DNA from: a virus
IMG/VR virus record: IMGVR_UViG_3300027244_000003
Direction: 5' to 3' (one strand)
DNA: 64,000 nt
The first letter of the stretch is position 1; each line of letters starts with the position of its first letter. The position numbers were made by a program, and so were the translations under genes. A model generated the notes under the pieces. That model did no database searches and was not told where the DNA came from. It worked only from the letters and a program-made list of their open reading frames with translations. Below are positions 1 to 10,056 of this stretch, piece after piece.

Positions 1-1
1 T

Positions 2-1927
2 TCTGGTGCTTCTGTTACTGGTGTCACTCTTTCAAATGGTGGTACAGGTTATAGTGCAGCAACCCTAACATTTAGCGCACCACAAGTTGCGGGTGGTGTT
101 ACTGCTACAGGTACTGCTACTATCGTTGGTGGTTCAATTACTGGTATTATTGTTACTAATGGTGGATCTGGTTACACAACTGCCCCAACTATTAACATTA
201 CTGCTAATGGTACTAATGCAGCGATCGGTACAGTTTCTCTAGGAACTGCCACTATTACTGGTATCACAGTAACTTCTGCTGGATCTGGTTATACCGCTGC
301 TCCAAATATATCAGTCGCTTTTGCTGGTTCTGATCAGGGAACTGCATGGTCAGCTACTACAGCATTGGCTCAAAATGTTTACGTTTCTTTTGCTGGTAGA
401 TTATATACAGTTACAGTAGCTGGAACAACAGGTTCTACTGGTCCATCTCATACAACTGGTAGTGTGGCTAACGGCTCTGCTACGTTATTGTTTGTTAGTA
501 CTGCTGCTGCCGCAACTGCAGCTATTACTGTCGGTGGTTTAAAGATCAATAACAATAATGATTACTTGGCTGCTTATGGTAGTGGACAAGCTGTTGTTGG
601 TGAATTTGCTGCACGTTGCCCTGGAACTTTAGGAAACTCACTATTAGTTTCTCTGGCTGACTCTGCATCTTTTGCTGGTTGGACTTATGCAGCAAATTTT
701 GATGCTGCTCCTTCTACTTCAACATATGCAGCAAACAATAATGCTTCTTTAGATGAAGTTCATATTGTTGTTATTGATCAACTTGGTTACTTCACTGGAG
801 TTCCAGGTTATGTATTAGAAAAATTTGCGTTTGCTTCTAAAGCATCTGATGCGAAAAAGTCTGATGGTACTAATAACTACTACAAAAATGTAATCAATAC
901 AAACTCAGAATATATCTACTGGATGGATCATACAGCATCAGGTACAGATTGGGGAAGTACTGCAGTTGTTGGAGGTGCTTTTGTTACTGTTGGTACAGCT
1001 ATCACTCGTCAATTGTCTGGTGGTATTGATGGATTGACTGCTACTGCTGGTCAACTACAAACTGCTTATGCATTGTTTGCCGATGATGCTGCTTATGATA
1101 TCTCATTAGTTATGATGGGTAAAGCAGATGCAGCTACAACTGCTGCTGTTATTGGATCGGTTGCAGAAACTCGTCTTGATTGCGTAGTGTTTGCATCTCC
1201 ACAGAACACTTCTACTGGTGATCCAATTATTGGTTCTGGTTCTGGTTCTACAAATGCCATCATTGCTTACCGTAATGCACTTCCAAGTACTTCTTATGCA
1301 GTACTAGATTCTGGTTGCAAATATCAGTATGATCGCTACAATGACGTATATCGTTGGGTTCCATTGAATGGTGACATTGCTGGTCTATGTGCTCGCACTG
1401 ATTACCAACAAGATCCATGGTTCTCTCCAGGTGGTCTAAATCGTGGTCAGATTAAGAGTGTTGTTAAATTAGCACACAATCCTACTAAAGCAGATCGTGA
1501 TCTACTGTACAAAGCTGGTGTAAACCCAGTTGTTACTTTCCCAGGAGAAGGTACAGTTCTATTCGGTGACAAGACTCTCTTGGCTAAACCAAGTGCGTTC
1601 GATCGTATTAACGTGCGTCGTTTGTTTATCGTTATGGAAAAGGCGATTGCTACAGCTGCTAAATTCCAGTTGTTTGAATTCAATGATCCTTTCACTCGTG
1701 CTCAGTTTAAGAACTTGATCGAGCCATTCCTGCGTGATGTCCAAGGTCGTCGTGGTATTACAGACTTTAGAGTTAAGTGTGATGATTCGAACAACACAGG
1801 ACAAGTTATTGACGCAAATGAATTTGTTGCTGATATTTTCGTTAAGCCAAATCGTTCTATCAACTACATTACTTTGAACTTTGTTGCTGCTCGCTCTGGA
1901 ATTAACTTCAGCGAAGTCGGTGCGTAA
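2..1927 (+). CDS. gp18: Contractile tail sheath protein (5'-truncated by window edge)
   Basis: Frame is open from position 2. C-terminal sheath motifs PWFSPGG, GDKT, FDRINVRRLF, FEFND; immediately precedes tail tube and portal as in T4-like phages. Confidence 0.95.
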   Translation, partial: SGASVTGVTLSNGGTGYSAATLTFSAPQVAGGVTATGTATIVGGSITGIIVTNGGSGYTTAPTINITANGTNAAIGTVSLGTATITGITVTSAGSGYTAAPNISVAFAGSDQGTAWSATTALAQNVYVSFAGRLYTVTVAGTTGSTGPSHTTGSVANGSATLLFVSTAAAATAAITVGGLKINNNNDYLAAYGSGQAVVGEFAARCPGTLGNSLLVSLADSASFAGWTYAANFDAAPSTSTYAANNNASLDEVHIVVIDQLGYFTGVPGYVLEKFAFASKASDAKKSDGTNNYYKNVINTNSEYIYWMDHTASGTDWGSTAVVGGAFVTVGTAITRQLSGGIDGLTATAGQLQTAYALFADDAAYDISLVMMGKADAATTAAVIGSVAETRLDCVVFASPQNTSTGDPIIGSGSGSTNAIIAYRNALPSTSYAVLDSGCKYQYDRYNDVYRWVPLNGDIAGLCARTDYQQDPWFSPGGLNRGQIKSVVKLAHNPTKADRDLLYKAGVNPVVTFPGEGTVLFGDKTLLAKPSAFDRINVRRLFIVMEKAIATAAKFQLFEFNDPFTRAQFKNLIEPFLRDVQGRRGITDFRVKCDDSNNTGQVIDANEFVADIFVKPNRSINYITLNFVAARSGINFSEVGA

Positions 1928-1932
1928 TTCAG

Positions 1933-1940
1933 AATAAATA
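1933..1940 (+). promoter_or_regulatory. T4-like late promoter (AATAAATA)
   Basis: TAAATA core in the intergenic gap before the tail tube gene; T4 gp55 consensus is TATAAATA. Confidence 0.6.
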
Positions 1941-1964
1941 AAGAAAAGAACAAAGGAGAATTAA

Positions 1965-2552
1965 ATGGCAAATATTGCTGATTTCAAATCACAGATGATC
2001 GGGGGCGGTGCTCGTCCCAATCAGTTTAGAGTTGAATTATCTTTTCCATCATTTGTTACACTTGGTCCAGTAGCTGGTCAGCGTGCACAGTTTTTGTGTA
2101 AGGCTGCTCAGTTACCTGCTTCTACTTTAGAGAACATCTCTGTTCTCTTCAAAGGTCGCCCAGTTAACTTTGCTGGTGAGCGTACATTCCAACCATGGAC
2201 TGTAACAATTTACAACGATACTACTTTCGGTATTCGTAATGCACTAGAACAGTGGCAATCTGGTATCCAGAATTATGACACTACTCTTGGTCGCACAAAC
2301 CCAACAGACTATCAAGTTGATATGCAAGTGCATCAATTAGATCGTTCTGGTTCTATCATCAAGACTTATAAGTTTGTTGATGCTTATCCTACTAACATTT
2401 CTGCTATTGGTTTAGATTACGAACAGCAAAATGCTATTGAACAGTTTGATGTAGAGTTCCAATACAACTTCTTTACATCTGCTACAGGTGCATCTGGTGG
2501 CTTTGGAGTTAATGTTTCTATCGACACACCAGTTGGATCTATTCCTCTATAA
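1965..2552 (+). CDS. gp19: Tail tube protein
   Basis: GGARPNQF, AGERTF.PWTVT.YND motifs; synteny; AAGGAG SD. Confidence 0.95.
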   Translation: MANIADFKSQMIGGGARPNQFRVELSFPSFVTLGPVAGQRAQFLCKAAQLPASTLENISVLFKGRPVNFAGERTFQPWTVTIYNDTTFGIRNALEQWQSGIQNYDTTLGRTNPTDYQVDMQVHQLDRSGSIIKTYKFVDAYPTNISAIGLDYEQQNAIEQFDVEFQYNFFTSATGASGGFGVNVSIDTPVGSIPL

Positions 2553-2572
2553 TTTAACCGAAGGTTTATATA

Positions 2573-4171
2573 ATGCAATTTTTTGGCTTCGAGATAAGTC
2601 GTAAAAAAGAGAAAGAACTTGGAAGTGTAGTACCTCCGAGTCCTCAAGATGGAGCAACCGTAATAAATACTGGCGTAAATGCTGGTGGTTATTACGGTAT
2701 GGTCATGGATCTGGATGGGGTCGTTAAGAATGAAAATGATCTTATTCGTCGTTATCGTGAAGTTGCTTCATACAGCGACTGCGATATGGCGATTGAAGAT
2801 ATTATTAATGAAGCAATTGTTACTGATGAACACAAACCATCAGTAGAGATCAACTTAGATGATCTAACTGTTTCAGAAAGTATTAAGAAAAAAATTCGTG
2901 AAGAGTTTAGGAATATTTTACGTGTTCTAAAATTTGAAGATTGTGGTCATGACACTTTTAGAACTTGGTATATTGATGGTCGTTTATACTATCATATCTT
3001 AATAGATGAGAAGAATTTAAAACAAGGTATTGTTGAATTACGTTACATTGATCCTCGCAAAATTCGTCGTATCAAAAACGTAGTTAAAGAAAAAACACCA
3101 CAAGGTGTTGAAGTTATAAAGAACATCGAAGAATACTATCTTTATAACGACAAGGGTATTACTGAAAGTACTACTCAGGGTATTAAGTTATCCTTAGATT
3201 CAGTAGTCTATGTACCATCAGGTTACTTAGATTCAAATACTGGAATGATGATGTCTTATTTACATAAGGCAATCAAACCAGTAAATCAGTTAAAGATGAT
3301 TGAGGATTCTCTAGTCATCTATCGTATTAGTCGTGCACCTGAACGCAGAATTTTTTACATTGATGTAGGTAACTTACCTAAAGTAAAAGCTGAACAATAT
3401 GTTCAGGACATCATGAATAAATTCCGTAACAAGATTGTGTATGATGCCACTACTGGCGAAACTCGTGATGATAGAAAACATCTTTCAATGATGGAAGATT
3501 TCTGGATGCCTCGTCGTGAAGGTGGTAAGGGTACTGAAATTACTACACTTCCAGGTGGTCAGAATCTTGGTGAGATTCAAGACATTGAGTATTTCCAAAA
3601 TAAATTATTCCATGCTTTAAATGTTCCAATTGGTCGTTTACAGGAACAAGCAGGATTTAGTATTGGACGAGCAACTGAGATCTCTCGTGACGAGATTAAG
3701 TTTCATAAATTTGTTGGTCGTCTTCGTAAGAAGTTTTCTAATATATTTACTGATGCATTATATGTTCAGTTAGTAGCTAAAAATATTATTCGTCCCGATG
3801 AATGGGAAGATTTAAAACATGAAATTAGATATGACTACATCGAAGACAATCATTATTCTGAATTAAAAGATAATGAAATTCTTAATGCTAGACTCGCCAC
3901 TCTACAATTAGTAGAACCATACATCGGTAAGTTTTATTCTATGGACTGGATTCGTAAAAATATTCTTCAGATGAATGAACAAGAAATGGAAGAGATGAGC
4001 AAACAGATGGAATCAGATGGTGAGATTCAGATGCAGCATGCTGAGATGGATGGAACTGTTGCAGCTGCGGCACAAGCAGCACAGCAGAACTTTTTACAGG
4101 CAAATGCACCACAAGCAGATGAAGCACCAACTGACCAAGGTAAACAAGATAATCAAGGAGTGAATAAATGA
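2573..4171 (+). CDS. gp20: Portal protein
   Basis: YRISRAPERRIFYIDVGNLP and EDFWMPRREGGKGTEITTLPGG motifs. Confidence 0.97.
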   Translation: MQFFGFEISRKKEKELGSVVPPSPQDGATVINTGVNAGGYYGMVMDLDGVVKNENDLIRRYREVASYSDCDMAIEDIINEAIVTDEHKPSVEINLDDLTVSESIKKKIREEFRNILRVLKFEDCGHDTFRTWYIDGRLYYHILIDEKNLKQGIVELRYIDPRKIRRIKNVVKEKTPQGVEVIKNIEEYYLYNDKGITESTTQGIKLSLDSVVYVPSGYLDSNTGMMMSYLHKAIKPVNQLKMIEDSLVIYRISRAPERRIFYIDVGNLPKVKAEQYVQDIMNKFRNKIVYDATTGETRDDRKHLSMMEDFWMPRREGGKGTEITTLPGGQNLGEIQDIEYFQNKLFHALNVPIGRLQEQAGFSIGRATEISRDEIKFHKFVGRLRKKFSNIFTDALYVQLVAKNIIRPDEWEDLKHEIRYDYIEDNHYSELKDNEILNARLATLQLVEPYIGKFYSMDWIRKNILQMNEQEMEEMSKQMESDGEIQMQHAEMDGTVAAAAQAAQQNFLQANAPQADEAPTDQGKQDNQGVNK

Positions 4172-4371
4172 GTGAAACAGTGAAAAATTTAGTAGATGCG
4201 ATTCAAGCCAAAGATGCAATTGGAACAGAGGCTGCATTTCAAGCAGCAATGGCAGAAAAGATTTCTGCTAGATTAGACAGTATGCGTCAAGACGTTGCAC
4301 AGAGTATGTTTAAAACTCAAGAGGTAGAAGTATCTACTGAAGAGCCAAACGCAGAAACAGAAGTAGAATAA
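4168..4371 (+). CDS. Small acidic prohead core protein (gp67-like)
   Basis: 67 aa, acidic C-terminus, directly after portal. Confidence 0.65.
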   Translation: MSETVKNLVDAIQAKDAIGTEAAFQAAMAEKISARLDSMRQDVAQSMFKTQEVEVSTEEPNAETEVE

Positions 4372-4916
4372 TGCGTTACTACCAATTAACAAAATCTTTA
4401 AAGAGATCTGATGTTGTCGAAAGCATCAGATCTTACTCACATCTGATTGAAAGAACATCAGAAAATAAGATTTTGATTAATGGCGTAGAGTCAAAGTATA
4501 AAAGTTTGGAAGAAGCAAAAGATTTTATCAAACAAGAATATATCTCGCAAAAATTAGAAGAACAAGTATCAAAAGAATCATACGACGAATTATCAGACGA
4601 AAAAGTCGCTAGTATTATCAAAGAATACCATGATGTAAAAGTTACAGATACGTTAATAGAAACATATATTAAACTTGCTTCTTCCAACATTTTTAACGTA
4701 GACCCTGTTGTTCAGAATATTCGTTCTTTGAATAAACTTGACAGAATCGTTGAAGGTAAATTACACTACGTGCTTGCTGATGAAACTATTGTTGCAATTA
4801 ATCAGCAAACGCAAGATCACCTAAATAAGTTATTAGGTAATCAACCAGAGATTATCGAGTACATGAGAGAGTCAAAAGAGAACTTCTGTCATGTGCTTGA
4901 ACAAATAGAGGAATAA
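4371..4916 (+). CDS. Hypothetical head-module protein
   Basis: 181-aa ORF coupled to the previous gene (TAATG), between portal and protease. Confidence 0.6.
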   Translation: MRYYQLTKSLKRSDVVESIRSYSHLIERTSENKILINGVESKYKSLEEAKDFIKQEYISQKLEEQVSKESYDELSDEKVASIIKEYHDVKVTDTLIETYIKLASSNIFNVDPVVQNIRSLNKLDRIVEGKLHYVLADETIVAINQQTQDHLNKLLGNQPEIIEYMRESKENFCHVLEQIEE

Positions 4917-4919
4917 CAA

Positions 4920-5378
4920 ATGGCTGTCACCAAGACTATTTTAAAGAACACTAATTTAGAGACTGTTGTCAAAATTAGTGGTACTGCAGCATCTGCTACT
5001 ATTAGTTTAGCAACTGATTGTTTAGCATCTACACAAGCACTTTCTGGTGGAACACAGACTGTTGACATCATTACTTCTCAAGTAACTGGTCTATTAAATT
5101 CTAGTATTACTGTTGTAAGAAACTCACTTCCTGTGTTAGCATTTGCACCAGAACACAATGGTTTGTTTAACTTTGAAGGTAATGGGTACAGAGATACTGT
5201 TGGAAATACATCTGATATCGTAGTAACAATCGGAGGTGCAGAAGCCCACATTTATCTCACACTTCGTAAAGTTGGTGGATATGCTACTAAAGTTGAAGAA
5301 GCTACTTACGGTGCTTACGAAGATGTTACTCGTGTTGGTGCTTCTACCACAGCAAGTGGTTCTCCAGATAAGGTCTAA
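4920..5378 (+). CDS. Hypothetical virion/head-module protein
   Basis: 152 aa, Thr/Val/Gly-rich, inside the head operon. Confidence 0.6.
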   Translation: MAVTKTILKNTNLETVVKISGTAASATISLATDCLASTQALSGGTQTVDIITSQVTGLLNSSITVVRNSLPVLAFAPEHNGLFNFEGNGYRDTVGNTSDIVVTIGGAEAHIYLTLRKVGGYATKVEEATYGAYEDVTRVGASTTASGSPDKV

Positions 5379-5380
5379 CT

Positions 5381-6037
5381 ATGAAACTAATTAGAGAAGA
5401 AGTTCAAGACACTAAATTTATCGTTGAAGATAAAGGTCTTGGTAAACCAAAACAATACTTCATTGAAGGTATCTTCCTTCAATCAGAACTAGTAAATCGT
5501 AATGGTCGTATGTACAAAGAAGGTACAATGGACAAAGAAGTTGGTCGCTATCTTAAAGAAGCCGTTGAAATGAATCGTGCTTATGGCGAACTTGGTCATC
5601 CAGATGGTCCAGGTATTAACCTTGATCGTGTATCACACATGATCACTTCACTACGTAAAGAAGGCACAAACTATATTGGTCGTGCTAAGATTTTAGAAAC
5701 TCCAATGGGTAATATTGCACGTGGTCTATTAGATGGCGGTGCAAATCTTGGAGTATCAAGTAGAGCAATGGGTTCTCTCAAACAAAACAATGAGGGGGTT
5801 CAGGTAGTTCAAGATGACTTTATGTTGTCTACAGCTGCAGACATTGTAGCTGATCCATCTGCTCCTGACGCATACGTCAGAGGCATCATGGAGAACAAAG
5901 AGTGGATATTTGTCGATGGAAAGTTTGTGGAACAACATATTGAAGAGGTTAAATCCTTTATTAAAAAGACTTCTTCTAGAAATCTAGAGGAAGCAAAGGT
6001 GCAGGCTTTCCAACGCTTTCTGAGTAAAATCAGATAA
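5381..6037 (+). CDS. gp21: Prohead protease
   Basis: NRNGRMY, GELGHP, LGVSSRAMGS, DIVADPSAPDA motifs. Confidence 0.96.
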   Translation: MKLIREEVQDTKFIVEDKGLGKPKQYFIEGIFLQSELVNRNGRMYKEGTMDKEVGRYLKEAVEMNRAYGELGHPDGPGINLDRVSHMITSLRKEGTNYIGRAKILETPMGNIARGLLDGGANLGVSSRAMGSLKQNNEGVQVVQDDFMLSTAADIVADPSAPDAYVRGIMENKEWIFVDGKFVEQHIEEVKSFIKKTSSRNLEEAKVQAFQRFLSKIR

Positions 6038-6051
6038 ATAATAAATAAATA
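6033..6051 (+). promoter_or_regulatory. Tandem late-promoter cores (three TAAATA)
   Basis: gataaataataaataaata upstream of the scaffold/major capsid genes. Confidence 0.6.
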
Positions 6052-6079
6052 ACAGAACTATCCAGTTAGGAGAACATAG

Positions 6080-7078
6080 ATGTCAATCGAACAAAAAATC
6101 GCTGAAATTTTAGCTGAGTCTAAGAAACAGAAATTAGACGAAGCCAAGTTTGCAGGTACTGAAGGTGGCAGCAAATCCACTAAAGAAAATGCTGAAGCTG
6201 GCGACCAAGCTGTAATTCGTACAGGTAACCCAGTTCCAAATGGTGGTAACACACCAAACCCAGACAATGCACGTAACAACGTACAAGACGAAAAAGATGC
6301 AGAAGATGCACCTACTGGTAAAATGAATCCACACAATGGAGATCAAAAACCAGTTCGCCCAATGAAAGAAGACATTGATGCAATGTTGGGTGATGCAGAA
6401 CTAACAGAAGAATTTAAAACCAAAGCAGCTACTATTTTTGAAGCAGCTGTATTGGCACGTGTCGCTGAAGAAGCTGCACGTATTCAAGAAGAATTCGAAG
6501 CGAAACTTGCTGAGCAAGTTGAGCAGAATACACAGGGAATTGTTGAACAAGTTGATGGATACCTCGGCTATATGGCTGAGCAGTGGATGGCACAAAATGA
6601 AATCGCCCTAGAGCAAGGCATGAAATCTGAAATTCTCGAAGGTTTCGTGAATGGTCTGAAAGGACTATTTGAAGAGCACTATATCGATATCCCAGAAGAG
6701 CGTTTCGATGTTCTTGGTGAGATGGAAAATAAAATTGCTGAATTAGAATCTAAAATTGACGAGCAAGTTGAAGCCAATATTGAGTTGACAAAAACTCTAG
6801 CAGAAGCAAAACGTGCTGAAATCGTTGGTACAGTAAGCGAAGGTTTGACAGATACTGAGACTGAAAAGTTTCTTTCTCTAGCAAAAGAAATCGCTTTTGA
6901 AGATTCTGAATCATTCGAAACTAAACTAAAAACTATTCGTGAAAGTTATTTTACTGCCAAGCAGTTAACTGAAGTTAAATCAGTAGTAACTGATGCTCCA
7001 GTAGAAGTGTTAACAGAGTCAAAGGCGAAAGCAGTTGATCCTGTAATGGCACAATATCTATCCGCACTCAACAAATAA
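6080..7078 (+). CDS. gp22: Prohead core scaffold protein
   Basis: Acidic coiled coil with KAATIFEAA and LFEEHYIDIP; between gp21 and gp23. Confidence 0.93.
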   Translation: MSIEQKIAEILAESKKQKLDEAKFAGTEGGSKSTKENAEAGDQAVIRTGNPVPNGGNTPNPDNARNNVQDEKDAEDAPTGKMNPHNGDQKPVRPMKEDIDAMLGDAELTEEFKTKAATIFEAAVLARVAEEAARIQEEFEAKLAEQVEQNTQGIVEQVDGYLGYMAEQWMAQNEIALEQGMKSEILEGFVNGLKGLFEEHYIDIPEERFDVLGEMENKIAELESKIDEQVEANIELTKTLAEAKRAEIVGTVSEGLTDTETEKFLSLAKEIAFEDSESFETKLKTIRESYFTAKQLTEVKSVVTDAPVEVLTESKAKAVDPVMAQYLSALNK

Positions 7079-7094
7079 TAAAGGAAAACTAACT

Positions 7095-8384
7095 ATGTTA
7101 GACCGTAAACAATTAATGGAGAAATGGGCTCCAGTATTGAACCACGAAGGTTCAAGCCCAATCAAAGATAACTACCGTAAGGAAGTTACAGCAGTTCTTT
7201 TGGAAAACCAAGAACGTGAACAGTATAAGTACAATGAGCAAGTTGGCGCATTGAACGAAGCTGCTCCAACAAACAGCGTTGGTTCATATGGTGACACTGG
7301 CGGTATCGCTAAGTTTGATCCAGTATTGATCAGCTTGGTTCGTCGTGCAATGCCACAACTTATCGCTTATGATGTTGCTGGTGTTCAACCAATGACTCAG
7401 CCAACTGGCTTGATCTTCGCAATGAAGTCACGTTACAGCACTCAAGGTGGTACTGAAGCGTTGTTCAACGAAGCAGATACTGACTTCTCTGGTACTGGTG
7501 TTCACTCTGGTGCGTCAGTATTCGGTGGTGCTGACACTAATGGTACTGGTATGGCTACTTCTGCTGCAGAAGCCATGGGTACTTCTGGTGGTGGTACTTT
7601 CGGTGAGATGGCATTCAGCATCGAAAAGACTTCTGTAACTGCAAAGACTCGTGCTTTGAAGGCAGAATACTCTATTGAACTAGCACAAGACTTGAAATCA
7701 GTTCATGGTCTTGACGCTGAAGGCGAATTGAGCAACATTCTTTCTACAGAAATTCTTGCTGAAATCAATCGTGAAGTTATCCGTACAATCTACAACACTG
7801 CTAAACCAGGTGCTGCAGTTGGTACAGCTACTGCTGGTACTTTCGACTTGGACGTTGACTCTAATGGTCGTTGGTCTGTTGAAAAATTCAAAGGTCTAAT
7901 GTTCCAAATCGAACGTGAAGCCAATGCTATCGGTCAACAAACTCGTCGTGGTCGTGCGAACTTCCTCATCACTTCTGCTGACGTAGCGTCTGCATTGGCG
8001 ATGGCTGGTGTTCTTGACTATTCTTCTGGTATCACTGGTAAGAACGCATTGAATGTAGATGACACTTCTACTACTTTCGCTGGTGTTCTAAACGGCAAGT
8101 ACAAAGTGTATGTTGATCCATATACTTCAAACGTAAGCAACACTCAGTTCTTCGTTGCTGGTTACAAAGGCGCATCCGCTTTTGACGCTGGTTTGTTCTA
8201 TTGCCCATACGTTCCACTACAGTTGGTTCGTGCGGTTGATCCAAGCAGCTTCCAACCAAAGATTGGCTTCAAGACTCGTTACGGTCTAGTTGCTAACCCA
8301 TTCGTTTCATTGGATGGTACTGGTGGTTTGACTGCAAACGAAAACTACTACTATCGTCGTGTACGTGTTACTAACTTGATGTAA
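7095..8384 (+). CDS. gp23: Major capsid protein
   Basis: GVQPMTQPTGLIFAM, RALKAEYS.ELAQDL, FQPKIGFKTRYG motifs. Confidence 0.98.
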   Translation: MLDRKQLMEKWAPVLNHEGSSPIKDNYRKEVTAVLLENQEREQYKYNEQVGALNEAAPTNSVGSYGDTGGIAKFDPVLISLVRRAMPQLIAYDVAGVQPMTQPTGLIFAMKSRYSTQGGTEALFNEADTDFSGTGVHSGASVFGGADTNGTGMATSAAEAMGTSGGGTFGEMAFSIEKTSVTAKTRALKAEYSIELAQDLKSVHGLDAEGELSNILSTEILAEINREVIRTIYNTAKPGAAVGTATAGTFDLDVDSNGRWSVEKFKGLMFQIEREANAIGQQTRRGRANFLITSADVASALAMAGVLDYSSGITGKNALNVDDTSTTFAGVLNGKYKVYVDPYTSNVSNTQFFVAGYKGASAFDAGLFYCPYVPLQLVRAVDPSSFQPKIGFKTRYGLVANPFVSLDGTGGLTANENYYYRRVRVTNLM

Positions 8385-8424
8385 TCATCGAGTTGGCTAC
8401 TAAGCCGACATAGAAGCGGTATTT

Positions 8425-8453
8425 AAAAGGGGGACTTCGGTTCCCCTTTTTTT
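8425..8453 (+). terminator. Rho-independent terminator after major capsid gene
   Basis: aaaagggggac-TTCG-gttcccc followed by a T run (cUUCGg tetraloop). Confidence 0.9.
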
Positions 8454-8456
8454 CTT

Positions 8457-8464
8457 CCTAAATA
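8457..8464 (+). promoter_or_regulatory. Late promoter (CCTAAATA)
   Basis: TAAATA core 5 nt before the ATG of the gp3-like gene; the same 8-mer recurs at 28138, 45731 and 63291. Confidence 0.6.
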
Positions 8465-8469
8465 ATTAT

Positions 8470-8991
8470 ATGCCAAATACATCTATACCTGCCAATATCA
8501 ATCCATTGTCTCCCAATGGGTTTAAGTTTGCTGTCAACAAAATACCTGATGTCACATTCTTTGCACAGAATGTAAACCTTCCAGGAATCACGTTGGGTGA
8601 ACCTACATTTGCCACTCCATTCTCCACACAACCAGTTCCAGGTGATACTCTATCGTATGATCAATTAACCATTAACTTTATGGTTGATGAAAATATGACT
8701 AATTATAGAATCATCTACAATTGGATTGTTGCTCTTGGTTTCCCAGAAAGTTATGATCAGTATGTTACTGGTCAGGCAGGGGACACTACTGCATATGGTG
8801 AATTGGCAAAGAACTATTCTGATGCTGTTCTACAAATTTTAGACAGTTCAAATAATCCAATACAAAGTATCCAATTCTTTGATGTGTTTCCCACAACACT
8901 TGAATCTCTTTCGTTTGCATCTACAAACGATGATGTGAATTACCTAGTTGGTTCTGCAACATTTAAATTCGGTTGGTATAGATTCTTGTAA
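8470..8991 (+). CDS. gp3: Tail completion/terminator protein
   Basis: NPLSPNGFKF, LPGITLG, FMVDENM.NY motifs; gp23-gp3-uvsY-uvsW synteny. Confidence 0.85.
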   Translation: MPNTSIPANINPLSPNGFKFAVNKIPDVTFFAQNVNLPGITLGEPTFATPFSTQPVPGDTLSYDQLTINFMVDENMTNYRIIYNWIVALGFPESYDQYVTGQAGDTTAYGELAKNYSDAVLQILDSSNNPIQSIQFFDVFPTTLESLSFASTNDDVNYLVGSATFKFGWYRFL

Positions 8992-8998
8992 GACAAAT

Positions 8999-9027
8999 TT
9001 GATTTTTTTGTAATACTGCGATATAAT
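8999..9027 (+). promoter_or_regulatory. Sigma70-type promoter
   Basis: TTGATT-N17-TATAAT upstream of uvsY. Confidence 0.65.
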
Positions 9028-9052
9028 GTGCAGTATATAACTTGAGGATATT

Positions 9053-9490
9053 ATGAATATAGAACAACTACAAGAGATGTGGGATGTTGATTGCCAAATA
9101 GATGATAACTATCTTGGTGAAACCACTACCGCTACCCCCAAACTTCACGCTAAGTATTTAAAATTACTTGTCAATGTCAAACTAAAACACACTAAGTTTA
9201 GTTCTGATTGTAACATTCTCCGTAAAAATAAATTTCGTTTGTATCGTGGTGAACTATCACGTGACGAATTAACACAACTTGGTTGGGAACAATGGCAGGG
9301 TGTTAAACCATTGAAGAATGAGATGGATGAATTTCTCTCAGGTGACACCGAACTAAATACTTTGAAGGTAAAGATAGATTATCTCGAAACGATGATTTAT
9401 TTTCTTGAGTCAGTCCTTGGTCAAATTAAAGCAAGAGACTGGCAAATTAAAACTGCTGTTGAATGGAAGAAGTTTCTTGCTGGGATGTGA
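9053..9490 (+). CDS. uvsY: Recombination mediator UvsY
   Basis: PKLHAKYL and R.WQIK.A.EW.KF.AG motifs. Confidence 0.9.
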   Translation: MNIEQLQEMWDVDCQIDDNYLGETTTATPKLHAKYLKLLVNVKLKHTKFSSDCNILRKNKFRLYRGELSRDELTQLGWEQWQGVKPLKNEMDEFLSGDTELNTLKVKIDYLETMIYFLESVLGQIKARDWQIKTAVEWKKFLAGM

Positions 9491-9492
9491 TA

Positions 9493-10056
9493 ATGAACTT
9501 TGTTAATATATTTCCTTCTATAATTGGGTATAATGTAGATAAGCAATTTACAGATAAAATTTTGCCATTTGCAAATGAATACCTTGCGCAAGAAACTAGA
9601 TTAACATATACCTGGAATTATAAAAACACATATGGTAATGATTATGCGATGCGAGATAATAATTTAAAATTTATAAAAAAACGCATATATGATATGTGTT
9701 CTGAATATTTACAATCTCAACACAAAGTTGTGCCAAAGTCTATCGTTATAGAGTTATTTTTTAGTGAAATGGATGTTAATGATCATCATGATGAACATTG
9801 TCATCCAAATTGTATTCTTTCTGGAATATTATATCTAAAAGTTCCTGATAATTCTGCTCCAATTATTTTTCATGATAGAAGTCCACACAGAGATTATGTG
9901 TATATTAAAAATATAGATGACACTGTAGATTTAACAAAATATACAGTACCGCCAAAAGATGGGTTGATGTTAATATGGCCATCGTGGATGCAACACCAAG
10001 TCCCTTTAAATAAGTCTAATAGTAGAATAACCTGCGTATTTAATGCAGTATGGTAA
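9493..10056 (+). CDS. Putative 2OG-Fe(II) oxygenase (TIGR02466-like)
   Basis: H.H.N..LSG..YL, WPSWMQH.V, RI..FN motifs; start placed at the ATG after the uvsY stop. Confidence 0.8.
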   Translation: MNFVNIFPSIIGYNVDKQFTDKILPFANEYLAQETRLTYTWNYKNTYGNDYAMRDNNLKFIKKRIYDMCSEYLQSQHKVVPKSIVIELFFSEMDVNDHHDEHCHPNCILSGILYLKVPDNSAPIIFHDRSPHRDYVYIKNIDDTVDLTKYTVPPKDGLMLIWPSWMQHQVPLNKSNSRITCVFNAVW

